Source of the DNA: Octopus vulgaris
Lineage: Eukaryota
Direction: 5' to 3'
Assembly: GCA_951406725.2 (NCBI GenBank)
Contig: OX597820.1
Location: forward strand, 868,001 to 932,000
DNA length: 64,000 bases
Shown piece by piece: positions 50,838 to 64,000 of the stretch; the first letter of the stretch is position 1; every line of letters starts with the position of its first letter. A model generated the notes under the pieces. It searched no databases. It had not been told where the DNA came from and saw nothing but the letters and a program-made list of their open reading frames with translations. The position numbers were made by a program, and so were the translations under genes.

Positions 50838-51001
50838 TAAATATTTTTTTTCTTGTTTCAGTCGAGCAAATTGGCCATAGGAATTATTCTTTGTAAGACT
50901 AGTACTTTTCTATCGGGCCCTTTTGCCGGATCACTAGGTTACGGGGACATAAACACACCAGCATCGGTTGCCAACCGATGGGGTGGGGACAAACACAGAC
51001 G

Positions 51002-51056
<55 letters not shown>

Positions 51057-51068
51057 GTATATATATAT

Positions 51069-51412
51069 GGCACTCCGTCGGTTACTATCAACGGAACTGC
51101 CTGTTCGTGAAATTAACGAGCAAGTGGCTGAGCACTCCACAGACACGTGTACCCTTCACGTAGTTCTCGGGGAGATTCAGCATAACACAGAGTGTGACAA
51201 GGCTGGCCCCTTTGAAATACGGGGGCAACAGAAACAGGAAGAAAGGGTGAGAGAAAGTTGTGGTGAAAGAGTACAGCAGGGTTTGCCCCCCCCCCCTGCC
51301 GGAACCTTGTGGAACTCTGGGTGTTTTTGCTCGATGAACATTCACAACGCTCGGTCTGGGAATCGAAATCGCGATCCTCCGAGCACGAGTCCGCTGCCCT
51401 AACCACTGGGCC

Positions 51413-51413
<1 letters not shown>
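51069..51413 (-). mobile_element. tRNA SINE, head C with tail X
   Basis: Reverse-complement homologue of 11910-12290. Confidence 0.85.
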
Positions 51414-51466
<53 letters not shown>

Positions 51467-52052
51467 ATATATATGTGTGTGTGTGTGTGTATATATGTGT
51501 GTGTGTATATATATATATGTATGTGTGTGTGTATATATATATGTGTGTGTGTGTGTGTATATATATATGTGTGTGTGTGTGTATATATATATGTGTGTGT
51601 GTGTGTATATATGTGTGTGTGTGTGTGTATATATATATATGTGTGTGTGTGTGTGCATGCATGTATAACTGCATGTACATGCATGTATGACAGCATGCAT
51701 GAACTTGCATCTAGCAGTATCTAAGTGAAATACTACAATAAGGGAACTAATAGTGGTGTGTGTGTGTGTGTGTGTGTGCATATGTGTATATAGTGTGACA
51801 ATGAGGTAATGTGCATGCGGGCATCGTGCACGCACGCATACAAAGCGTTTTGTAGAAATGCGTGTGGACGTGTTGTGTAGATACGGGTGGCTGTTTGGCT
51901 CTTTTGTGTTAGTCTTGTGTGTATGTGTGTGTGTGTGTGTGTACATACCCGAGAATACATGTAATTGTGTATATAGCTTCTATTTTCAGTGTATTTCGCA
52001 TGATTTCAGATCTCATTCTGTCTGTTTGTCTATCTATCTATCTATCTATCTA

Positions 52053-52109
<57 letters not shown>

Positions 52110-52118
52110 ATCTATCTC

Positions 52119-52161
<43 letters not shown>

Positions 52162-52164
52162 CTA

Positions 52165-52200
<36 letters not shown>

Positions 52201-52217
52201 CCTCTCTCTCTCTCTCT

Positions 52218-52258
<41 letters not shown>

Positions 52259-52662
52259 GGGCGGGTTGGAGAGGTAAGACACGAGACAAAAGTTTGCAGA
52301 AAATGATGTAACGAATCAATGAAATCGATCCGAGGAAAATGACAGGTATAAATATTTTATTGATGTCGACTGAACAGATGGCGGACGTCCGTGTTGCAGT
52401 CAATACGGGAGAGTGCAATACTCGGCAGGTTTTTTCTTTTTTCATGCAACATTTTTAGAAGTTAGTGATAAGATGAAGACAGAGAAGGCATGAGTACACG
52501 GAAGGACCCCAGAGACGGATACACGGGAAGCAGGGGATGATGTGTGGCCATTAAGTCTATAATCCAAGCAGAGGCTTTCGGTTACACGTTCAGCCTTTGT
52601 TGCAAAAAAAAGTAGTCCATTAGAGTACGAGATACGAACAAGAGCAAACGGACGTATATCGG

Positions 52663-52727
<65 letters not shown>

Positions 52728-52988
52728 CATACATACAAACACAATCACACACAAATAGACACACACATACACAAACACATAAACACACACACACACACAC
52801 ACACACATACACACTTAAACACACACACACACACACAAACAAAAACACACGCAGACACACACAAACATACACTCACATACACATACACGAACACACATAA
52901 ACACACACACATACACAAACGCACACATAAACACACACATTTACAAACAAAAACACAAGCATACACACACACACACAGTACGTGCATG

Positions 52989-53220
52989 TGAAGTCGCATA
53001 GCCTGTTGGTTAAGATGTTGCTTTCATGCTCACGAGATCGCGGTTTCGGTTTCCATACCAGCACTTCATTTCGCGTTGCTCCACAGTCTACTCGGCTGTA
53101 AGTCGGTAACCCTGTTAACTGACTGGTGTTCCATTAAGTAGGGATGTTTTCCTTCCCGACGACTAACCAGCTATAACAATGCGAGGAAGCGCATTGTGAC
53201 CAGCGGGATATAACGTCCGT
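52989..53220 (+). mobile_element. Decayed tRNA SINE, head D with tail Y
   Basis: CACTTCATTTCGCGTTGCTCC body and GAAGCGCATTGTGACCAGCG tail. Confidence 0.65.
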
Positions 53221-53249
53221 TAATCTGTTTGATACAGTTTATATATATT

Positions 53250-53397
53250 TGTGTGGTAAGTAGCTTGCTTACCAACCACATGCTTCCAGGTTCTGTCCCA
53301 CTGCGTAGCACCTTCGGGAAGTGTCTTCTACTATAGCTTCGGGCCTACCAAAGCCTTGTGAGTGGATGTGGTAGACGGAAACTGAAAGAAGCCTATC

Positions 53398-53447
<50 letters not shown>

Positions 53448-53632
53448 TATATACATATGTGCTTGTGTGTCCCCTCATCAGCGATGTTGGTGTATTCACG
53501 TCCCCTCTAACTAAGCGGTTCGGCAATGAGTTCGATAGAATAAGTACTAGGGTTGATTTGTTCGAGTAAAACCCTTCGAGGCGGTGCTCCAGCATAGCCG
53601 CTGTCAAATGGCTGAAACAAGCAAAAAGAAAA
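53250..53632 (+). mobile_element. SINE family B
   Basis: Match to 49864-50232. Confidence 0.85.
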
Positions 53633-53637
53633 AAAAG

Positions 53638-53685
<48 letters not shown>

Positions 53686-54699
53686 TAACTAGAACTCTGG
53701 TTGAACGTCCGGTCATGGACTTCCACTCGCTCCATCAAGTGTACTAACCACAGACGTCTGTTGAATTAGCGTGGAGCTGAGAACTAAAATCGCTGTGACC
53801 CAGTTAGATATACGACAAGGTGAAACATTTGAAATGCAAGTACAACACATCCAGTTTCTGAAACATGGGTCGATCCGTGACTGTTTTAGTAAAAAGCATT
53901 TGGCCGAGCCATCGCATTGAACTCTGTACCTCGTGATACTAACCTATAGAATCTCCCTCGTTTTTCCTTTTCCATATATTGTTAAAATGTGTTTCGTTTG
54001 CAGCATCCTATGACCGCTGCTTCATTTTGGGCTCCGAAATGATGCTAAAAACAGGATCTGAATCCAGAAGGTAATTTGGTGTATAAGATGTACCCCACCC
54101 CCCATTTCAGCAGCGCATATTGAGGGAAAATTTTTTTTGATGCATTAAAACATGTGATAGGGGCCCAACTTCGCACCCCCCACCACCACCACATCCGCCG
54201 CCGCCCAAATGTTAAAAAAATTGAGACATTTTTGTGGGGGAAGTGTCAGATATTTGATTTGATTTTGATTTTCCAGTTTCAGCTAATGAGCTGTGGCCAT
54301 GCTGGGGCACCGCCATTGGTTAATTTCCGGAAGATATTTCTTGGGTGTTTTATCGATCTCAACCAATCCGCACAGTCAGTATTTTACACTGTTGTGGCGA
54401 ACTGGTAGAATCGTTAACACGCCGGAGAAAAATGCATAGCGGTATTTCGTCCGGCTTCACAGTCTGAGATCAAATTCTCTCAAGATTGACTTAACCTTTC
54501 GTCCTTGGGGGAGGGGTGATAAATAAGTAGCAGTTGAGCCCTGGGGTCGATGTAATCGACTTATTCCCCCCCCCCCCCACCTGCCAAAATTTGATGTCGC
54601 TATTTATTACGTGCTTTCAGAATCCAGGTTCAAATCCTCGGAGGTAAATAAAATAAGCAAGAATAAATCAGAGATTTTATTGTTTTTCACTGGAAAAAA

Positions 54700-54969
54700 C
54701 GAAGAGTATTTAGCGTCTGGAATGAGTTTTCGTCGCCAGCTGCTGATTGCCAGACGCTGATGACGGGTTACTATGCAGAAACCCGGGTCCGTGTGTATCA
54801 CGTAAGGCTAGAGATGGGAACGATGATTTCCCTTCGCAAATACTGATCGGGCACAGACGGTGTGTCGTTAGCGAGCTGGAGGAGATGTCTTCCTGGGGCT
54901 ATAAACAACAGTAGCATCGTTCCATATGGGTCTGCCACATTTAGGTGGCAAATATACTTTACGATTACA
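54700..54969 (+). mobile_element. Hammerhead-bearing short repeat related to the 26.7-27.8 kb element
   Basis: Downstream block CACAGACGGTGTGTCGTTAGCGAGCTGGAGGAGATGTCTTCCTGGGGCTA is homologous to CACAGATTATGTCGTATAGCCAACTGGAGACAATGTCTCCTGGGGCTA (about 26990-27037). Confidence 0.7.
54751..54795 (+). ncRNA. Minimal type-I hammerhead motif, GUC cleavage triplet
   Basis: CAGACG-CUGAUGA-cggguuacuaugca-GAAA-CCCGGG(palindrome)-UC-CGUGUG; stem I pairs 5/6, stem II weak. Confidence 0.62.
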
Positions 54970-55228
54970 ATAAAATAATTATCGCTCAAATACAAGAGTA
55001 ATTTCATTCAACTGAGCCAACTTTACGAATCATTCTTTCCTGTCTTTAAAGTCAAGTTTGCTTTTTACTGTTAGTAAATATGTACCAGTAATATATGTGT
55101 GTGTGTTTGTGAGTGTGCAACGCAGCCTAGGGTCATCATGTAATGTCACAGCATAGCAGAATATAATCAACAGAAACCAAGAATCCTTAAACAAGTTCAA
55201 CCCTATGAGAATGAAGGACGATCTAGGG

Positions 55229-55537
55229 CAGTGGTTCCCAAAGTGGGCAGTATTGCCCCCCTGGGAGCAGTGGAAAGTTCCAAGGGGGTGTCGAAGAAAA
55301 GTGGGGAGATAACGGGGTAGCGATTCATGTAAAATGGGGGGAGATAATGGGGTAGTGACTCATGCAAAAACAACAAAATAATAGGTTCATTAGGTTAAGT
55401 TTTATTTGTGAAAATCAGTTGCTTTGAATTTGCTTCAGAAAAAGGTCTCTGTTCGTGATGGTTAGTTGGGGTGAAGTGTTAGGAATGTGGCCTGGGTAAC
55501 AAGGGGGTGGCAGGCCGAAAAAGTTTGGTAACCACTG
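55229..55537. mobile_element. hAT (Charlie-like) MITE
   Basis: TIRs CAGTGGTTCCCAAA / TTTGGTAACCACTG; 8-bp TSD ATCTAGGG/ATCTAGAA. Confidence 0.85.
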
Positions 55538-56323
55538 ATCTAGAACAACGAAACCACAAGATGTAAAAAAAATATCACTGGTAACAAGCATATCAAACAT
55601 ACAGTCCCATCATCAGCTACCTAATGGTTATCATTATGGTTTCGACACCTTTGCAGTGGTTCAGATCTGATGCAGTCTACAACGTATTTTTATATCTTTC
55701 CCAGATCGATAAAATAAAAGTACCGATCAAGTACTGAGATCAGTTTGTACTTTTATAATGTATCTTATTTTCGAATGAAATCATAAATCATTAAATATTT
55801 CTTGTGAATGAAACCGCAAGAAACCAAATGTTTTTATTTCAAATTCATTCATTAATCTGCTTGTAGATAAGAAAAATTGCCATTTGGCATTATACCTGTA
55901 ATATTTTGGGATCGATTTAATTAAGTGTTCAAAATTATTTCCCCACCAAGGGAAATAATTTTTCAATGATGAATTTTATAATTATCAAATATAAATATTA
56001 TTGTAAACCCCAACAGGTATTGTAGTGGCTGCAGAAAGTCATGTGATGGGCCTGAATGTTTTCGACGTATCTGGTACCTTCTGGCTCCATTTTTCTATGT
56101 TCTGAATTCAATTACAATAAAGGTTGACTTAATTTTTTTTTATATCCCCACGAAATTAATAAAATAAATGAGTCTCACTCTTGATGCAATTAACTCAATG
56201 GGCCTATAATAAAGCGTATGGCCTCGTGCCAATGTAGGACATTTCAGATTGCCATTATCCCCATTATCACTATTATCTTCATCAATTCCCCAATCACAAT
56301 TATCGGCATAAGATCGTAATCAC

Positions 56324-56346
56324 CGCTGCTGCTGCTGCTGCTGCTG

Positions 56347-56419
<73 letters not shown>
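56324..56419. repeat. (GCT)n(ACT)n microsatellite
   Basis: Direct. Confidence 0.95.
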
Positions 56420-56579
56420 AGATATTGTTTCCCCACTAGTCTAATGAAATTGAATTGGTCCAGGGGAAAGCAATCTCTTGACTCTCGTCTGATTCCGACA
56501 ATTTTCTTGGATTTCATTCTTCATCATATTTCTCTCTCCCCCCTCTCTCTCTCTCTTTCTCTCTCACCTCACTCTCCAA

Positions 56580-58200
56580 AAGCTCCTTCCATCTTTTGCA
56601 TCTTATGTCTTCCGCTTCAAATATCTTGCTTCTTATTCCTGTCATTCACTGGAAACTTTCGTTTGCTAACATTGTTCAATTTTTCAATAAAATGGAAGTC
56701 ATCTTTCGCTCTTTATTTATTTAGTTTTTCTCTTTCCTTCCCTTCAAGAATATTATTTTGGTATTTTTCGATCATAATAATAATGATTGCTTTCTCGGTA
56801 AGATCTCCAGTTTTTCATTAAAAAACCTGCTCCTCTCACAGACAAAACAAAAATGAATTCTTATTCACTGTCATACTTTAATGGTGGACGGTTCTTCTTC
56901 CATGTTTAACATGTAATCCGCCTCTCAACGAAAATTATGGCCCCATTTTCTCTTTCGCTGGTAAACTCTATGTTTTCACTGTAAACGATAACTACATGCC
57001 CACAAGAGCCAGTATGAAAGAAATTCTACGAGGTCGCCGTTAATAGCAGCCAAACCTCCCTCAAATCACACGCTTTCTTCTAAAAGTAAGGACACATTTT
57101 TTTAACGTAATCCTAGATACACTGTCGGGAAAAGAAAGATGGGAGGGTTACGGTTGGAATAGCGCTGTCCCAGTTCTCTTGGATTAGTGATGATCTGGAG
57201 CTAAATCGACAACAACTCCCTACCGCAATCTTCAGTAATATTCTTCGACATTTCTATGAAAATTGTACATCTATGTTCCAGATCCAATTTCTAATTTATT
57301 AATTTTCTCCAATTTCGCTACAATTTTTTCGTACACCTTTTTACTGGTTGTCTTTCGTTGACCAATGGTCTTCGCTCCATTTTCTCGTTCGATTGCATTT
57401 AACCGATCTTTGAACGAAAATGATTGTTCACTTCTTAGCAACTGTTCATCTTCAGTTTTTCAATGAAAATATAGGTTACATTAATATTTTTCTTTCTCTA
57501 AAAGTATTACGTCATTTCCCTTCCTGGCTAAGGTTTCTCTCGTTTCCCACTGAAGTCTGGGGATCAACTATCGTCCCTAAATTTCTTCATAGTAACTCTA
57601 CTCTCCCCCACACGCGATTATGCTTTCAGTATTCCTACGGTGCCTGATTTCTAATGGTCTATAACATAAAGGATTAAATCGTTGAAACCCTGTAATGAAA
57701 AAAATATGCTTGTACGTTCACAATTAACCCCTAAATATTTATATATGTAAGAAATATGATGCTTCAACACAGTTAGAAATTACACAGAAATGTAACAAGA
57801 TTCAAATTGTCCGAAAACCTCAGACTTCTCCAATTCATTCCTTGTAATTCTTTACTTCCGTTCTCATATTTTGTAATAAGAAATGCCTTTTTCCCTCTTG
57901 TGTTCTTTCAGTTAAATTCCAATCTTCTTTACACTGATTCTGTTCTTTGATTCAGTTGAATTTCTCAGTCTCTGAAAAAATATCAGTTCTATTTTGTCGT
58001 TCTTTGAATATATTCCTACATTCACCAATATTCGTTAGTTTTGCAAAGAAAACATAAATTCGATTGTTGCATTCCTTGTCATTTCTTTAATTTGCCTCTC
58101 TGTAAAATGGCTCCATTTTCTCATTCATTTCTATATTTCTTTTACTTTCGTCTTTCCCTCAAAGAATCTTTGCTCTTCTCATAATCTTCAATGGCTGTTT
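56580..58200 (-). mobile_element. Possible very old LINE relic
   Basis: Long strand-biased tract (purine-rich on minus) with many stops; no clear motif recovered. Confidence 0.25.
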
Positions 58201-58624
58201 CTTTTCTTTGCTACGTAAATAGGCTGAAATCCCTAGTTTTGCTGAAACCAATACGAGTGATTGATTGGTTAAATAAAGTCAATTGGTTATTCCTCTGTTC
58301 TCTATCACAAATCGATATTTTCCTACTCTTTTCTCCAACGATAGCCCCCCTCCCCATTTTAAAATTTATAAACTTCCAAATTAACATTCAAAACGAAACA
58401 TTATCGAACTTTATTTTTCATTTTAACCATGTTCGAAGTTTTTGTTCGCTGTTGTAAATGTGATGTTTCTCAAATTTGAAATACTTTTCGGTTGGATCCC
58501 CAGGTGTGACCAACTGAGACGATGGATACCACCATACCATCTCGTTCTTTGTTTAACTTCACACCCCCCCTCCCAAAAAAAAAGACAAAAACTGCATTTC
58601 CGGCCACAAAAGGAGTCTCTATGT

Positions 58625-58822
58625 GGTTGCTTGGCTTGTTAGAAATAGCAGCCAAATTTCCCTCAGCTCGCACACTCCACCATCTTAGAAAAGGAGACGT
58701 TGGGCAATGTAATCCTGGATTAACTCTACCCATACGAACAAAGAGGTGGGATGGCCACGTTTAGAATGCCTTTGATGATACGTCTGCTCGATCAGGACTA
58801 ATCTGGGGCTAAGCAACAACAA
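58625..58822 (+). mobile_element. Retroposon 3' module ending GGGGCTAA(RCA)n (family E)
   Basis: TAGAAATAGCAGCCAAAT...GGGATGGCCACG...GATCAGG...GGGGCTAAGCAACAAC; siblings near 15131 (-), 44440, 46945, 47845, 57030 and 62590. Confidence 0.65.
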
Positions 58823-58901
58823 TCACTACGGCCCTTAATATTCTATCTCACAGTCATTCACTTCTTTCATATGTCGTGTGTGTGTGTGTGTGGGGAGGTT
58901 A

Positions 58902-59128
58902 CGAAGGTGTGCTGAAAAGTTCCTGGTTTTGGGTAAAAGAAAATAAAAAGAGGATCAGTTAATTAGGATTTTATTCAACATATTCCCCTCTTAGACTCAC
59001 GCAATTATTGCAGCGGTCCTTCAGTTTTTCTAAGCCCTGTAAAAAAAAAGAAAAACCCTCGGGAGTTGGGCCTCCAACCATGCCTTTCACGACACCCTTT
59101 AAGCCAAGGACTTTTCGGTACCTCCCTG
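58902..59128. mobile_element. mariner-derived MITE retaining the transposase C-terminus
   Basis: TA-flanked degenerate TIRs; the minus strand encodes FFLQGLEKLKDRCNNCVSLRGEYVE*. Confidence 0.82.
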
Positions 59129-59208
59129 TATGTGTGTCTGCGCGCGCATGTTTCACTGTGTATTTGTGTATGTATCTCATCGTGGTCGGCATAAAAGGCT
59201 TTTTTTAA

Positions 59209-59435
59209 GGCGGCGAGGGCAGAAACGTTAGCGCGCCGGGCGAAATGCGTAGCCGTATTTCGTCTGCCGTTACGTTCCGAGTTCAAATTCCACCGAGGTC
59301 GACCTTGCCTTTCATCCTTTCGGGGTTGATAAATTAAGTACCAGTTACACAGTGGAGTCAATGTAATCGATTTAATCCGTTTGTCTGTCCTTGTTTGTCC
59401 TCTCTGTGTTTAGCCCCTTGTGGGTAGTAAAGAAA
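59209..59435 (+). mobile_element. SINE family A
   Basis: Match to 1665-1895. Confidence 0.88.
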
Positions 59436-59773
59436 TATATTTGTGCATGTATCCACGTATGTGGCTAGTTTATCAAAAGTGAATTTCATTAGTCGGTGTA
59501 TTGATTGTTTTCTAAACAATTGGTTGAAGTTAATTGCATAAAATATATTTATACTTTGGTGTATGGGTACAAAGTGTTGATCTTTAACGAAAAGATTCAA
59601 GCCTTTCTTGTTTTTTCGTTTTGTGCTCCAGCATGGCCGCAGTCAAATGCCTGAAACAAGTAAAAGAGAGTAAAAGTGTATAAAATAAATTGTAAATATG
59701 TGTATATGTTACACACGCGCCTATGTATGTGTCTGAGTGTGTCTGTGCGCGCGTTTGCCTCTATGTGTATACG

Positions 59774-59804
<31 letters not shown>

Positions 59805-60667
59805 TTAGAAAGCGAAGGGTGGGGGAAGATAAGAAAAAAGAATGTGAGGAACGGTGAGAGTAGACAGGAGAATGGTTGCTACAGAAAAGGGGCAGACAAC
59901 ATGTCATGTGACCATCAGACAAGAAACTGATGTAGGTTTGTCTAATGGCTTTTTGGTGTCTTGTCGCGATTATAATTCAATATTTATCATAGTTATATAT
60001 ATATATATATGTGTGTGTGTATATATATAACAGTTTGTTTTTATGTTATAATAAAAAAAAACAATTTTACATTTAAGTTAAATGATTACTCAATAAATTC
60101 GGTGAAGTACAAATTTGCTAATTCATTACTAAAGATAGTTTTGACAGTGACTTCGAAGTTCCGTCGGATGAAGCATAAACATCAATGCGCACACATACGT
60201 GTCATGGCACGAAATTCTTGGCCCTCGAGTCACTTTGTAACTTCTGTCGGTTATTTAAGCAGACAGACAGACAGACAGACACTGTTTTCCTGTTTGTATA
60301 AAACGAAACATATACATCCTTTTTCTAGTTTTATTATTTGGACTGCGGCCATGCTGGAGTACTGCCTTCTGGTGCTTTTACACTATTATATCGATCACAG
60401 TAATAATATCAATCATTTTGCCTGTTTCATCGATCTCTATTTATCGAATGGTTCAGTTAACATTTATCGACTCAACGGTAAACATGCAGAGTCAATGACA
60501 CAACTACATATACACACACATTACATATATACATACACGTACACACACACATGCATACATATATGCACGCACGCACGCACGCACATACATATATATTTGT
60601 GCATGCACACATGCATACATATATATGCGCACACGTACATATATATATATACACACGCACGCACACA

Positions 60668-60704
<37 letters not shown>

Positions 60705-61427
60705 GCACGCACACCTGCATACGTACATGCACACATATATACAAACATGTAAGCACACTTACATACATACACACACACACTTATACATGTATGCATGCAT
60801 ACTTAAATATATACATGCACGCACATGCACACATGCAGATGCACACGCAAATATATGCACGTACACATACATGCACACATACACACACATGCATACATTT
60901 ACAAGCGATGGGTTTCCGTACAGTTTCTTTCTACCGAATTTTACTTAAAAGAAAACGTTTTGAACTGAGACCTATGGTGGACCTATGCGCCGAGTGGAAT
61001 CGAACACAGAACCATTTGGCTGCAAGAACGAGCTCACTGGCGACAACGGCTCGGCTGCACTCTGCTGCATGCATGCGCGTGAGCGACGCGCACGCGTGCG
61101 TACACGTTCGTGCATATTATGTTAATCGCTTGTTCTGTAATGGAAAAAGATGACGTAATATCGCCGTTGAAGAAGAAAAACTAGAGTCGCTCGACTTTTT
61201 ATGAAGTGTCGCAGCGAAATTGTCAAGCGGCCCCCATAATGTGCGTCTCACACTATAAAGAAACCCTTGTGTTTTCTCTTCGTCTCTATCAATCTTTCTG
61301 TCTGTCTGTCTGTCAGTCTGTGTTTGTCAACTCTTGCAGAGAAAGAGAGAGAGAGAGACGTGTGAGAAACGGCCATCTGATACTAGAAAGGCAGGCAAGG
61401 AACTAACAGGGATCTTAGGGATGATTA

Positions 61428-61469
<42 letters not shown>

Positions 61470-62126
61470 CACATGATAGGCTTCCATGTAGTTTCCGTTT
61501 ACTAAATCCACACACAAGGCATTAATCGGCCCGGGGCTATAGTGTGTGTTTGTATACACACATCCATACTCGCGCGCGTGCACACACGCACACAAGCGTT
61601 CTATTCCGTGCATCAACATTACATCGATCCGTTTTTTGCCCGCCATGTTGTCTGAGGTTTTTTTCTTTTTTCGTAGGAGTGCAAAGGGTTTTCGTCTACA
61701 AGATGATAAAAGTTCGGTAGCTTCTCCCCATCACCCCACTCGCTCAAACTTCCTCCGTCTCTTGGAGGGGGACCCCCCACCCCACTGTGAGAGGCTTTGC
61801 TCCCTCACCATTTCCCATTACCCGATTGAAGACAGAAAGAGACCGAAGTGAAGGGAATAATCTTGTACAAAAAGATGGTTTTTAAGCGTTGGCACAAGGC
61901 CGGCACTTTTAGGCGAAGCAGGTAAATAGATTACATCAACTCCCACTGCTCTATTGGTATTGATTTTATTGACCCTGAAAGGTAAAGTAGATCTCTATGG
62001 AAGTCGAACTCAGTACGTAAAGTGCCCGAAGTATTTGGTCCGACATGTTAACGATTCTGCCACCACGCCATCTTATCTTGTATGAGATATAAATATATTA
62101 TTATATTAGATTTTAAAGTCTATTAG

Positions 62127-62340
62127 GGCGGCGAGCGGGCAGAATCATTAGCACGCCGGACAAAATGCTTAACCGCATTTCGTCCGTCTTGACTTTCTGA
62201 GTTCAAATTCCGCCGAAGTCGATTTTACTTTTTATCATTTTGAGGTCGATAAAATAAGTACCAGTTGTGTACTGGGGTCGAGGCAATTGACTTGCCCCCT
62301 CTCCCGAACTTGGTGGCCTAATGCCAGAATTTGACACACA
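62127..62340 (+). mobile_element. SINE family A
   Basis: Match to the family A consensus; an opposite-strand decayed copy lies at about 61890-62070. Confidence 0.82.
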
Positions 62341-62726
62341 ATATTTTAAAGTCTATTGCTTCTGTCCATGATTTGGAACCAATAACTGGATCCCTCTAGA
62401 ACTCCAGTCTTTGTCTGTTTATCCTCCAACCAGGAGATTTCCAAGCAGAACATTATTATTTAGAACAACCTCAGCTAATTTATAGAATTGGGCTAAATCC
62501 TGAATGCACTAAAATACCAGGTCAAACCGAAAAACAAAATAACTTGGAGCTGGTCCTGACATCTCAGCCAACAAATAGACATCTATGATTGCTCGAAATG
62601 GCAATCAAATGTCCTTATTTATAAATAACATCACCTTAAAATAAGTATACTTGTTAACTAATGGGGTCTGAAATATTTCTAGTTCTCTAAAAAGGCGGGA
62701 TGGCTATGGCTGGAATGCTTTTGATG

Positions 62727-62875
62727 CAGTGACGTATCGTGGGAAGTGTGACCCGTATAGGGCGGTGGAAAAGGGAATGGTGATAAACTTATGTTGAGGA
62801 CATGTTACGTTTAAAGGAAGAGGGCAGCTAATTTGGCTCCGACATAGGTCGACCAAAACCCACGCTAAGCCACTG
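62727..62875. mobile_element. Short MITE
   Basis: TIRs CAGTGACGTATCGTGGG / CCCACGCTAAGCCACTG; interrupts a family E copy. Confidence 0.72.
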
Positions 62876-63059
62876 CTTTAGGGATTGGATAGTTTAATCC
62901 CAAGCTGGACCCACAGGCTCTAAACAACAACAACAACCTCACTGACTTGGAAAATCCTCAACCCTAACTTTCTGTCTCTGTCTATTTATCTCTATCTCTC
63001 TGTCTGTATCTCTTTCCCTTTCTTTCTATCTCTTTCTATCTTTATCTTTCTATCTCTCT

Positions 63060-63240
63060 TTCTACTATCGCTTAGGCTTCTCTCTCTCTCTCTCTCTCTT
63101 TCTATTTATCTCTTAGGCTTCTCTCTCTCTCTCTTTCTATTTATCGCTTAGGCTTCTCTCTCTCTCTCTCTCTCTCTCTTTCTACTATCGCTTAGGCTTC
63201 TCTCTCTCTCTCTCTCTCTATTTATCGCTTAGGCTTCTAT
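63060..63240. repeat. Minisatellite: five copies of TATCGCTTAGGCTT+(CT)n
   Basis: Direct; unit about 34-44 bp, varying in CT count. Confidence 0.85.
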
Positions 63241-63618
63241 TTCTGTAGACTTCTTCTTCCCAGTAACAAATGAAATGAAATCGAGTAAACAAAAGCCACG
63301 CCATTACATCAGGTTGTCACCTGAGCACGACATTGTCATCCATTGTCCAGTGAAAGACGAAGGATGCGGCCACGGTTTGCAGGTGGATAAAATGTTTTAT
63401 CTCAGTCGATTGTTATTGACAATTTGATGGTTTCAATCAATCCCCACCACCGCCTCTTCCCCTTTAATCTTTCCTTCTCTCTCTCCCCCCCCCTCTCTCT
63501 CTCTCTCTCTTTCGTAGTCCTTTTATCTTCATCTTTCTCCTTTTCTCTTTGTATGTCTTTTATCTCTCTTTTTCTCTCTGTCTCTCTCTTCCCCCACTAT
63601 CCATCTATCTATCTATCC

Positions 63619-63653
<35 letters not shown>

Positions 63654-63729
63654 CATCTACCTATCTATCTATCTAAAACCTTTTTATCTTTCGTTATCTT
63701 ATTGATTGCTTGTCCGATTGTATCTTTTA

Positions 63730-63777
<48 letters not shown>

Positions 63778-64000
63778 TCTCCCTCTCCCTCTCTCTCCCC
63801 CTCTCTCTCCTCCTCCTCTCTGCTTCTCTTCAGCCATACTCTGGCTTTCTCCTACGCTCTCTCTCTCTCTCTCTCTCTCTCAATCTCTCCCTCTCCCATA
63901 TTCTTTGTCTCCCTCCCCTCCCCACACGTAACCCCTCAAATAAATCAACACCCTTCATTTTTTTTGTGGTCTCATCTACCTTCCGCTCCACCTGTTAGAA

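Noticed and set aside
63060-63240. CRISPR-like spaced repeats
   Set aside because: The spacers are just (CT)n of variable length, the context is eukaryotic, and there are no cas genes.

Overview
Repeat-dominated, AT-rich eukaryotic genomic DNA. I infer an octopus or other coleoid cephalopod from the tRNA-derived SINE families and the very high microsatellite load; this is not database-confirmed. I recognise no host protein-coding exon. Almost all ORFs in the track are translations of simple repeats or SINEs. The real coding remnants all come from transposons: a full-length but frameshifted mariner (4331-5608), two more mariner relics, a Tigger/pogo relic, an RTE LINE fragment, a young CR1-group LINE 3' end with an open RT frame, and L1/Tx1-like fragments. 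The window also holds Helitron-like non-autonomous elements, hAT/Tigger/mariner/Harbinger-like MITEs and dozens of SINE copies. The most notable signal is about 9 minimal type-I hammerhead-ribozyme motifs, some degenerate, in at least 4 short non-coding repeat families. Two contexts stand out: (i) a tRNA-headed, (AAT)n-linked, hammerhead-tailed SINE-like element with an inverted partial copy (28.0-28.6 kb), and (ii) a ~1.1-kb 'palindrome of palindromes' with a hammerhead in the loop of each arm (26.7-27.8 kb). These suggest a Penelope-type or retrozyme-like non-autonomous retroelement system. A CpG-rich, NRF1-site-bearing promoter-like region followed by a strong splice donor (35.2-36.1 kb) may mark a non-coding first exon of a + strand gene. 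SINE and relic boundaries are approximate, and only representative SINE copies are listed.
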